DNA of 64,000 bases from Lama glama (lineage: Eukaryota), in contig CM052817.1 of assembly GCA_028534125.1 (NCBI GenBank), forward strand, positions 31,064,001 to 31,128,000, read 5' to 3'. Shown here one piece after another: positions 38,521 through 49,823 of the stretch. A program made the translations under genes and the position numbers. The notes under the pieces are model-generated. The model worked only from the letters and a program-made list of their open reading frames with translations, was not told where the DNA came from and did no database searches. The first letter of the stretch is position 1. Each line of letters begins with the position of its first letter.

Positions 38521-39898
38521 AACATTCACATGTTGATATTCATTGAAGGCATATGCCAGACATCATATACAGCTGTGTTAAAAAAAAATTGGGACTTTCA
38601 CATATATTAACTTAATCTACATAACACCCTGCAAAACAGAATCAGTACCATCTTACTCAGAAGAAAACTTTCTAGAGAGGCTAAGTAACTTCTCCAGGTC
38701 ACACTGTTCTTACTGGCAGAGATGGGATCCAACCCAGATCTTTCAGGTTGCCAATCATGTGTCCTAAGCCCGACATCGTGCTGCCTCCCAGAACACTTTT
38801 TTTTTCTTTTTTTTTTTGGCGTGGGCTATCAACCCTAGGCCCCTTGCGTGGAAGGCTAGGATTCCCCTACCGCTGCCCACCTCAGCTGGATGACTTGTGG
38901 CCAGTGGAAGCAGGAGGGAAAGTGACTCAATGAAACTTCAAGGGCACCGTCTGCCTCCCTGTTTCCCATGACAACTGTCTAAAGAATCACCTCTGGGCCA
39001 TTTCTGATCCTTTAATTTGCCCATTTTGAAATGGCCCATCAAAATGTCATTTTATATGCTGGATTAGGGGCAATAACATTGTTGCATCTCTTCTCCGATT
39101 CTAAAACGTGGGGGCAGTTTGATCGTCTCCAAAGCAGTGAAACAACCAAGGTGCTTCAGAGCAGTGTAGCGTAGTAACTGCCTTCTCTACTCTGTTACAG
39201 GCTGCTCTGAGTGCTGGCCCCTTCTCCCCTGGGAACCAGTCCAGGCTAATACTGAATGAGTGTTTATTAAGTAAAAATAAAAATGCTTCCCTGAATTGTT
39301 AAGTTAGCATGTTCTACAAACTACTGTGACCTGAAATCCTGAGTCGAAAGGTCATGTGCAGTGACATTTGAAGACTCGCTAGCAATCAAGTGCACGCCCG
39401 GACAATGCCAGTGTGATCAACTCCTGGAACACAGGTAGTTGTGTCACACACCTGGGAGGCTGGGGTGTTGTATGCACTTTAATGCCTTCACCCCAGTGGT
39501 TGAATATGTCCTTGGTGTCTACCCCCCGCTTCCTTGGGCAGCCTGGGCAAAACCATGGGGACCGCAGGTGAGAGACCACCTGCTCTCAGAACACTGCTCC
39601 TCCTACCGCTTAAATGGTCCCATGAGATGGACCAGAACGATCGCTTTTCCTCCTGTTGCTGACCCCGTGCAGGAGGTGAGAAAGCAGAAGGCAACCTGAG
39701 TGGGGGATGTGGAGGTAGTTTGGGGGATCACCTGGGTCCTGGGTAAAGGAAAACACCTGGTGAATAATTAAACATTTGGTCACAAATGATTTTCAAAAAA
39801 TGATCCCAAAGGGCCACACATGAATAATAATGAGTTTAAGTGGACCCAATGAAGCCAGTACTGAACTGAATCTCCTTGGTAACCAGAAAGCAACTTAC

Positions 39899-40032
39899 CA
39901 TGCACGAGTCGACGGTGCCAGACTCATAGCCCACACAGATCATCCGGGTGGTGATGGTCTTCATGTCAAAGTAGGACTGACACTGCTCCAGGGGAATAAT
40001 GCGGACTTCTCCCTCTTGCAGCTTAAAAGGCA
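39899..40032 (-). CDS. CORIN: CORIN exon 21 (protease domain, S1-pocket Asp in DSCM)
   Basis: ctccag|(M)[44 protein letters not shown]|gtaagt; 134 nt. Confidence 0.96.
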
Positions 40033-41523
40033 CTGGAGTTTTTAAAAAGAAGAAATAAAATAAATGAGGCTAAAATAACCCAAAAATGAGGCTAGCCATA
40101 TATGAAATGATTGTTTGCATCAGGAGAACCACATTCTTGACTTTAAAATGTCGTTTTAAAGACAAGGCTTGTTTGGAATCAGAATTTTCCAATTAGAAGT
40201 GCTGACGGCCATCATTTACTCAAAGCCCTTCATTTTGTTAAATGAGAAAATTGAGGCACACAACTGCTTAGGTAACCTGGCTCGCACCTTTCCCCTTATG
40301 TGGCAACAAAACAATGGTTACTACAATGAAAAGGTAGATAATTAAGGCGGAGCTCTGCCCCAGGCCAGAGGCTGCCAGCTTAGTGACAGCTCAGCACGTA
40401 AGCCTGGTTCTGCTCAAGTTCAGAACACCTGTTCAGTCTAACAGGGGAAGGGCTGCCCCATCCTTGGCTTAAACGCTGTGTCTCACCACGTGCTACAGTA
40501 ACCATCTTCTGAGGTAAGGACATTTTACCCTAGAGGATAAATCAGAGATGTTGAGAGGGAAAAGCCATCCCTTAGGGTCAGCATAGAGAATATGTAACTT
40601 GCATCTTGCTCGAAAGTCCTCACAGAGTAACAGTGGATTTCTCAAAGCAAGACAGAAGGAATCTCTTGTTGTTTAGCCATTCTACAAAATACACACTGCT
40701 CTCCTTTTAGTGATGGTGAAGCAATGTCTGTGGACAGGGTACCTTGTTGGAAGAATCACGTTTGGAAAAATCAATGCAATGCGGACAGCGGGAGTTTCCC
40801 AAGTTGTCATCATTCCCAAGAGCCACGGGAGTACCCTGATGTAAATGGAGTGGCCAGTGCTTACCATTAAAGAAAATGTCTCCTTGATTAAATTCTTATG
40901 CTAAACTTCTAATAGGTCATGCAGAATGAGAGGGTCCTTTATGGGGGCTGAGAATAAACAGTACACCCATTTTTTAAATCTCTGTATGTTTTGTATTTTG
41001 AGATCATCAAGCTATTTAAATCAATTTTAATAGGCAAATCAATTTAAATAGTCCTCCTTTCGAGAAGGACTTCCAGGTTGTGTTACAGATGGTGATAAGA
41101 CCAAATCATAACAGAGAGCTGGAAATGTGACCATGCAGCTTGACTGCAGGAGCAGAACTACCTAACTGCTAGGTGGAGGCTCTGAGTGACTTTGCCTACA
41201 GTGGGGTTAAATCACTGATGGAGACGCTGCAAGGCAGGGATGACTGACAGGTCTCTTCTTGCATGGCAGCTCCAAAACACTGGTAGCGGCTCCCTGGAGA
41301 AAGATTCTGAGGTATGGAGAGGGATTTTTGAGGTTGTATCTGGGCTTGGTAAGTTTAAGTGCGTTAGGAAGGGCTGACGTCTAGGATTTGCACAGAAGGG
41401 AGGGTGATACATACGCTAAGTATGATAAGTGAAAATAGGAAATTATTGCCAAAGACTAGGAAGTACCCCAGTGTTTTCCAGTTACAAGCTGAAAGGCAAT
41501 TGCTCCTGAGGATCCTGACTTAC

Positions 41524-41795
41524 TTTTGTTGCCCATGTGTCCCCAGCCTGTGATATAGCAGTAAGTGTCAGGTTCTAACGACTGCTCCGGGCTGGGTAAG
41601 CAGACGGGTCTGACATGGCTTGTTTCATTGATGTCTTCGCTTAGCTCCACAATGCTGATGTCGTAGTCCACCACCGCTCGACTGTAGCGAGGGTGCAGGA
41701 TGATGGTTTTCACAAGGCGCGTCTGCATGAACGTTGATGGGTGATCCAGATTATTGATGCCAAACACCACTTTCCAAACGGCAGCATTCTCTCTC
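41524..41795 (-). CDS. CORIN: CORIN exon 20 (protease domain, catalytic Asp in DYDISIV)
   Basis: ttttag|RENAAVWKVVFGINNLDHP...VVDYDISIVEL...RPVCLP...CYITGWGHMGNK|gtaagt; 272 nt. Confidence 0.96.
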
Positions 41796-41989
41796 CTAAA
41801 ATGATAATTCAAGAGCTACTGCCATCTTAAACTCAGATTTCTCTTTTAAAATTTACATAGGATTTTAAAAAATATTTTATTGATATAAATAATGACTCTT
41901 TCCATGCTCATGTCCTATGTATTCATGTAAGAAGCCTTTACATAATGTCCTGAGCAGTTCGTAAATGTTGGATTATTGTGAAAAGCCTT

Positions 41990-42960
41990 CTCATTCTATA
42001 CTCACCACCCTTTAAGATTTCACCTAGTCCAGTGGTTTTAAATGCCAGCTGTAGCCCTGTAATTCCCAAACTACATCTCCAGCTCCAACCTTTCCCTTGA
42101 GCAGCAGACTTGAGCAGCCGATTATCCATTCAACACATTCGCTTGGATGTTTGCTGTTGGCTAAGACTTACCAGCACTTCCTCTGTATTTGGCAATGTTG
42201 TAAGCATTCAGAATTCATTCCACACATATTTAATATTTATAAACACTGGTTATGCAGTTGAATCATCTCTCATGTCCAACATTAAAGGCGTCAGCAAGTC
42301 TTCGCTACTCCATTTTCAAATAGATCCTGAACGTTGTTGTTTCTCCCTCCTCCACCATGACAATCCTAATCTAAGCTACTCTCATCTCCCAAATGGTGGC
42401 CTGTCTTCTACTCCTAGCCCCATAACCCATTCTCCCTACAGTTGCAGAGTGAACTTTCTAAAAATAAAACTAGAATCAAATCTATTTTCCACTCATAATT
42501 TTCCAATGACTCTGAATCTTACTCAAGACAAACTGCAGACTCCTATCCATGGCCTTCAAGGCCCCACATGACCTGCCCCATTCAAACTGCAGGGACTTCC
42601 TATTTTTGGAGATGCCAAGGACATCTTCCACTCAGGGCTCTTCCCTTGCTGGTCTCTCAGTTCTCACATGACTCCCTCTTTTACTCCTTTTTAGCCAGGT
42701 CCCAGCTCAAACATCACCTCCTCAAAGAGGTCCTCCTTGACTGCCCCTGTCTAGCCTTTACCCCCTCACTCTCTACTCTTGACCCTGCTTTAATTTTTGT
42801 CTCATAGCCCTCACTGATATCAATGACATTGATTTTTTTGTCTATTTTCTGTCTTGCCCCCAGAATGTAAGTTCTGTAAAGCAAGAACTTCGCTGGTATT
42901 CCCAGGACCAAGTACCTGGCATGCAGTGCATTCTCAGCAAGTATTTGTTTAATGATAGCT
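41990..42960 (+). mobile_element. L2 3' portion
   Basis: L2 3' end AGAATGTAAGTTCTGT...ACCTGGCATGCAGTGCATTCTCAGCAAGTATTTGTTTAATG. Confidence 0.7.
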
Positions 42961-43038
42961 CAGTGAATGACATTTCAAAATATTTATTAGTGGCCAACTC
43001 TAACCACCTAATATATACATATGTGTATGTAGATATAC

Positions 43039-43470
43039 ATAGTGGAATACTACTTGGCCATAAAAAGAATGAAACAGTGCCATTTGCAACAATATGGATG
43101 GAACTTGGAGGGTATTATGCTAAGTGAAATAAGTCAAAGAAAGGCAAATACTGTATGATAGCATTTATATGTGGAATCTAAAAAATAAAGCAAACTAGTG
43201 AATATAACAAAAAAGAAACAGATTCACAGATAAATTAGTAGTTACCAGTAGGGAGAGGAAAAGGGGAAGGGACAAGAAAGAAGTTGTGAATTAAGAGGTA
43301 CAAACTACAATGTATAAAATAAATAAGTGACAAGGATATGCTGTTCAGCACAGGAAATATAGTCAATATTTTATAACTATAAGTGGAATATAACCTTTGA
43401 AAATTGTGAATCACTACATTTTATACCTGAAACTTTTATAATATTGTACATCAACTATACCTTAATAAAA
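43039..43470 (+). mobile_element. L1 3' UTR fragment
   Basis: GGAATACTACTTGGCCATAAAAAGAATGAA...GGGTATTATGCTAAGTGAAATAAGTC...TCAACTATACCTTAATAAAAA. Confidence 0.85.
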
Positions 43471-44166
43471 AGTTGATGTCATTATTTGAAAATCTATACA
43501 TATATATCTCTACACATATAGAGGGAAATATATATATATTTTTTTTCTCTATGCCAAACATTGTGCTAGGGATTACAATACTAAGCAAGAAAGACATGAT
43601 CCCTGCCTATACAAACTTCAGAACTGAGTTAGGATGAACGATTAAGGAGACGATGATAATAAAATGTAGGAAGTGCTATCTCATGAACATTATAGGATAA
43701 CATTACAGAAGAATTATTTTTTATTAAATAAAGCCACCACTCAAAGAACATGCCTGCCTGCCTGACTCCCTGCCTGCCTTCCTTCTCTCTCCCCTTCTTT
43801 CTCCCTCCCTCTCCTTGTTCCTTCCATTTTTAGTCTAGAGGGGTAAGTTCATGGCTCTCTGAGAAATTCAACATTCATATGAGTTTCTGTTGTTTAAGAT
43901 ATCTGAAATCAAGCAATTATTGATTTCAAATGACTACCTATTTAATAGTTTCTTCCCTTGAATCAGATCTACTAAATTTTGGTTACAACAAATATTCATC
44001 TAGCTGGTTAAATCATAAGCAGTATGTCAAACACTTGAATACTGCAAATGATCTGTAACAAAATGAAATAGTGTAAATTTCTATATTGCTAATAAAACTG
44101 CTAAATGCTGTTAACTTGTATCCAGTGGTCTCTTGTGACACAAGCTACCATCCTTATAGCATTAAT

Positions 44167-44198
<32 letters not shown>

Positions 44199-44208
44199 AC
44201 ACACATAC
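44167..44208 (+). repeat. (CA)n microsatellite, imperfect
   Basis: About 20 AC units with two AT interruptions. Confidence 0.9.
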
Positions 44209-44531
44209 AAAAGGGTACACAGGAAATTCACATACTTTTTGGCTTCAGTGAAGAAATTGTTCTATTTTCCTTCTTGTTATGAGTATAAAGGGAAAAAATA
44301 AAGTCTCTTTAAATTTTTTTTCCCAAATCTGGCAAAGCCCAGGGAAAACAATAATCTATTGTTTGAAATGGGGGCATGAAGTGAGGAAGATGTGTATAAC
44401 TGGTATATTTGTATGTTACGCTTGTGCTAGAAAGAATGTGAGTCACCCATCTGGGTGGAGGAGAAAAGAGGAAAGAGGATTTAGGGCTACATGATGGCCT
44501 AATAATCTGGTTTCAGTTCAAAAGTACCCAG

Positions 44532-46271
44532 AAGAAATGGAAAGATATCCCATGCTCATGGATTAAAAGAATTAATATTGTTAAAATGGCCATAGCGCCC
44601 AAAGCAATCTAGATTTAATATGATCTCTATCAAATTACCCAGGATAATTTTCACAAAACTAGAACAAATAATCCGAAAATTTACATGAAACCACAAAAGA
44701 TCCAGAATTGCCAGAGCAATACTGAAGAAAAAGAACAAAGCTGGAGGAATAACCCTCCCAGACTTCACACAATACTACAAGCTACAGTAATTAAAACAGC
44801 ATGGTATCAGATAAAAACAGATACATGGATCAATGGAACATAATAGAGGGCCCAAAAATAAACACACACACCTACAATCAATTAATCTCCGACAAAGGAG
44901 GTGAGAATATACAATGCAGTAAAGACAGTCCCTTCAGCAAGTGGTGTTGGGAAAGCTGGACAGCTGCATGTAAATCAATGAAGTTAGAACACTCTCACTC
45001 CATACACAAAAATAAACTCTAAATGGCTAAAGACTTAAATGTAAGACAAGACACTATAAACCTCCTAGAAGAAAACAAAGGCAAAATATTCTCTGACATA
45101 AATCTTAGCAGTGTTCTCCTAGGGCAGTCTACCCAGACAATAGAAATAAAAGCAAAAATAAACAAATAGGACCTAATTAAACGTCTAATCTTTTGCACAG
45201 CAAAGGAAACTATAAACAAAATGAGAAGAAAACCTATGGACTAAGAGAAAATATTTGCAAAAATGATACATGATGAAAGTGACACAGTTTAATTCCAGAA
45301 TATACAAACAGCTCATACAACTTAATGAAAAAAAAAAACAAACCCAATCCAAAAAATGGGCAAAAGACTTAAACAAGCAATCCTCCAATGAAGACATATA
45401 AATGGCCAATATGCACGTGAAAAAATGCTCAGTGCTGCTAACTATCAGAGAAATGCAAATCAAAATTACCGTTAAGTATCACCTCACACCAGTCAGAATG
45501 GCCATCATTCGAAAGTCTGCAAATGATAAATGCTGGAGAGGCTGTGGAGAAAAGGGAACCCTCCTACACTGCTGGTGGGAATGTAGTTGGGGGCAACCAT
45601 TATGGAAAACAGTTTGAAGATTCCTCAAAAAGCTAAAAATAGACTTACCATATGATGTAGCAATCCCATTCCTGGGCATATATCCAGAGGGAACTCTAAT
45701 TCAGAAAGATACATGTACCTCAATGTTCATAGCAGCACTATTTAACCAAACAACCTAAATGTCCATCGACAGATGATTGAATAAAGAAGTTGTGGTATAT
45801 TTATACAATGGAATACTACTCAACCATAAAAAGGAATAAAATAATGCCATTTGCAGCAACATGGATGGACCTGGAGATTGTAATACCAAGTGAAGTAAGC
45901 CAGACAAAGAAAAATAGTATATGATATCACTTATATGTGGAATCTAAAAAAAAAATGATACAAATGAACTTATTTACAAAACAGAAACACTCACAGAAAT
46001 AGGGAACAAACATGGTTACCAGGGTGGGTAGGGGGTAGGAAGGGATAAATTGGGAGGTCAAGATATGCAGATACTAACTACTATATATAAAATAGATAAA
46101 CAGCAATTTTCTACTGTATAGCACAGGAAACTATAATCAACATCCTGTAGTAACCTTAGTGAAAAAGAATATGAGAAGGAATATGTGTATGTATATGTAT
46201 GACTGAAACATCATGCTGTACACCAGAAATTGACACAACACTATAAACTGACTGTACTTCAATTTAAAATA
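44532..46271 (+). mobile_element. 5'-truncated L1 with TSD, same family as 36104-38059
   Basis: TSD AAAAGTACCCAG at 44520-44531 and 46272-46283; ORF2 peptide [43 protein letters not shown]. Confidence 0.92.
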
Positions 46272-46919
46272 AAAAGTACCCAGTAGAAAGACACATAGGA
46301 ACAAGCTATGTTCATGTGGCCATTTTAGTGAAGAGTTAAATTGGGCTACAAAGACAAAAAAGCCAAGAATAGCAGCTGAAAATCTTCAGCATACAGGGGA
46401 TTTTTTCCCCAGTGCTGTCAGACCTCAAAGCAGCAGCAAGGAGAACTGGCACAGCCTTAAAGAAGTCTGTGCAGAGATCCTCATGCTCTGAGAATGAGGA
46501 AGCAGCCAAGGTGAACCCAAGTGAAACTCCACCACCCACAATACAAGTGACCAAAGAAAATGTTAAGAGACCTTTTCCTCCCTTCATTCTTGCTCCAGAG
46601 GGTATTTCACTACAAGAAATTCACATTTAATTTGCTTCATGTTTATATTACTGTTTTAATAATGACTATACATTATAGACAGCACTGAAATAAGACGATT
46701 TCAGCTCCCAATTCAATGATCACCTACTTAACACCTCAGATGCATTATGACATCCAGGCAGTTTATACAGAATTGCAGGCACAATGTCTCTGGACACAAT
46801 AACCAGATTCAGTTTGCAATTTTCCACACTCAACCCTAGTTTAGACATAAATTTGCCACATTTTCACTGAATTCAGCTGGCCAGGTTTAGAGATTTTCTT
46901 CAATAAAAAAATTGCAAAA

Positions 46920-47070
46920 AAATTAAATTACAAGGATATATTGTACAACACAGGGAATATAGCCAATACTTTCTAACTATTAATGGAACATAATTTTTAA
47001 AAATGGTGAATCACTATATCGTACACCTGTAATATATAAGATTGTACATCAACTGTACTTCAATAAAAAG
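46920..47070 (+). mobile_element. Short L1 3'-end fragment
   Basis: ACAAGGATATATTGTACAACACAGGGAATATAGCCAATA...TCAACTGTACTTCAATAAAAA. Confidence 0.8.
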
Positions 47071-47806
47071 GGATATAACTACTGATTAAAAAAATGTTTT
47101 GAGAAAAGGATAGAATATGTCTAGAGACACTTTAGAGCAAGCTTGACAGAGATGGGAGAGACTGAGTGCCAAATTCTGATTTACCATCACAAATGATTGC
47201 AGTAAGAAAATGAAGAATTAGCTAAAAAGTAAATCTGACTTTGAATCCCAGAGCTTCAAAATACATAAGGATTCCAGAGCTTGAAACCAGAAAGTTTATC
47301 AAAGAGCAGTGGCATGAAATTGTAGCAAAAAGCCTTAGTCATAGTGAAAGCAGGGGTTTGTTTAAAAAAAAAAAAAAAGCAGGAAAAATAAAAATGGCTT
47401 CTCAGCAAAATGTGTGGGAAGAACAAGAAAAGAGGAAAATTTCTATCAGTGTTAAATGATGTAGTATTAGTAGGTAACTAAGACAAAGCAGAACTATTTG
47501 AAATTTACTTCTAATTTCTCCACTCAAGAAGCATGATTTTCAGACAATATCCAGAAGACTCACCTTCCATGCGATGAAACTTATAAGGGCTTAATACACT
47601 GAAATGTTCAGTTGAGGTGTGGCCTAAGAAATGGGAGGAGTCAGTAAAAGATCACTGACCTTCTGTACATGAGTTAAAATGTCTAATTCTGAACAAATTA
47701 TAGCCCTAACTACTAAAAGACCTGCAGATGTGATTACTAAGAAATCTCAAAAAGGATCTGGTTAGTCAGTTAACAAATCTTTATTGAGTGGCTGCTATAT
47801 TCCATG

Positions 47807-48306
47807 NNNNNNNNNNNNNNNNNNNNNNNNNNNNNNNNNNNNNNNNNNNNNNNNNNNNNNNNNNNNNNNNNNNNNNNNNNNNNNNNNNNNNNNNNNNNNN
47901 NNNNNNNNNNNNNNNNNNNNNNNNNNNNNNNNNNNNNNNNNNNNNNNNNNNNNNNNNNNNNNNNNNNNNNNNNNNNNNNNNNNNNNNNNNNNNNNNNNNN
48001 NNNNNNNNNNNNNNNNNNNNNNNNNNNNNNNNNNNNNNNNNNNNNNNNNNNNNNNNNNNNNNNNNNNNNNNNNNNNNNNNNNNNNNNNNNNNNNNNNNNN
48101 NNNNNNNNNNNNNNNNNNNNNNNNNNNNNNNNNNNNNNNNNNNNNNNNNNNNNNNNNNNNNNNNNNNNNNNNNNNNNNNNNNNNNNNNNNNNNNNNNNNN
48201 NNNNNNNNNNNNNNNNNNNNNNNNNNNNNNNNNNNNNNNNNNNNNNNNNNNNNNNNNNNNNNNNNNNNNNNNNNNNNNNNNNNNNNNNNNNNNNNNNNNN
48301 NNNNNN
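47807..48306. other. Assembly gap (500 N placeholder)
   Basis: Run of exactly 500 N. Confidence 0.99.
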
Positions 48307-48640
48307 GATGCACAGTGTTCCGTTATACAGATGTACATCTGCCTTACCAATTCACTACTGATGCACAGGGAGCCTGGTTCCAATTTTTGGCTCTGACAAA
48401 AAAGCACCAGTTAACACTCTTAACCATTCACCTTTGCCTACATGCACAAGTATGACTTTAGAATAAATTCCTAGAAATAAAATTACTGAACCAAAATGTA
48501 AGTTTTTGATGAATAGCATGAATTTCTCCTTCAAAGAGTAATACCAATTTACATACTTATCAAGAGTAGGTATGTCAATACTTTTTAATTTTTATAACTA
48601 CATGTATATGATGTAAATCATGCTGTTAAAAAGTATGTGG

Positions 48641-48698
48641 CACAGGAAACTGTATTCAATACCTTGTAATGGCCTATACTGAAAAAGAAAATGAAAAG

Positions 48699-48745
<47 letters not shown>

Positions 48746-48814
48746 TATAAATGAATCACTATGCTGTACACCAGAAATTAACATAACATTGTAAATCAAT
48801 TCTACTTCAATTAA
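48641..48814 (+). mobile_element. Short L1 3'-end insertion with 13-bp TSD and internal (TA)n
   Basis: TSD AAAAAGTATGTGG at 48628-48640 and 48815-48827. Confidence 0.85.
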
Positions 48815-49315
48815 AAAAAGTATGTGGAACTTGGCAGTTCAAATTTTGTTTGACAACTGGTAATACATTTGAGTTATTCTTTTCCATATTATATCAAGAG
48901 ACAAGGCAATCCTGTTGGGTAGAGAACAAAAGAGCAAAAAAAACCATCTTCCTAGTGATTAAGCATCAAAGTGACTGTATCCTAAGGGAGTCCGTGCAGG
49001 GAATGCAGTCAGGCCTAAATGCTTCTAAATGCAGCCATGAAACCATATACAGAGAAGGGAATTTAAACAACAATCTAGTCCAGTGTCCTCATTTGACAGT
49101 ATGAGAAAACTAAGACACAGACATAGACCCAATTCAAACATTTGTGGGGCCCAGAGCAAGAGGACAAATGGAGGCCTACATACTAGACGCTCTATGTCTG
49201 CATATTTAGATGTTATGAATCAAACTAACAAACTGTTAAAGCAAATGCATTCTATCTTCCCATCCTGACAAATGTATCTTTTAGGTTCAAATATAGAATC
49301 CTGGACTCCTTGGAG

Positions 49316-49505
49316 CAGTAGTTTTCGAACTTTAGCATTCATCAGACTCTACCCTGGAGGACCTGTCACAGTGAAGATTGTTGGCCCCATCCCCAGATTT
49401 CTGAATTTGGTAAGTCTGAGAAAAGGCCCCCAAATTTGCCCATCTAACAAGATCCCAGGTGATGCAGATGCTATGGTCTGGGACCACACTTTGAAAACAG
49501 CCCTC
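49316..49505. mobile_element. MER5A-like hAT relic
   Basis: CAGTAGTTTTCGAACTT...TCTAACAAGATCCCAGGTGATGC...GGGACCACACTTTGA. Confidence 0.75.
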
Positions 49506-49604
49506 TAGATCAGGCTCCAGGTGGGCATACCTCTTTGGTGGACAGACCCTTTGCCTCATGAGGTGAGATACAGCTGAGGAGAAGACCAGAGTGGTCCTTC
49601 CAAG

Positions 49605-49823
49605 TCAGGGTTTCTCGCCCTTGATACTACTGACTTTTTAAGCCAGATAATACTTTGCTGTGTGGGGCTGTCCTGTGCACTGTAGGGTGTCCAGCATCAC
49701 CCCTGGATCCTACCCACAGGATACAACAATCACCACACCACTCCTGGACTGACAATTGAAAAGCTCTAAAGAAATTTCCAAATGGCTCCTCGGGGCAAAG
49801 CCACTACTGATTGAAAAGCACTG
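49605..49823. mobile_element. MER20-like hAT relic
   Basis: CAGGGTTTCTC...GCCAGATAATACTTTGCTGTGTGGGGCTGTCCTGTGCACTGTAGG...TTGAAAAGCACTG with matching termini. Confidence 0.75.

Noticed and set aside
41615..41640. N-E-T glycosylation sequon in the CORIN protease domain (SEDINETSH)
   Set aside because: It differs from my recollection of human but I recall it in mouse, so it is probably not lineage-specific.
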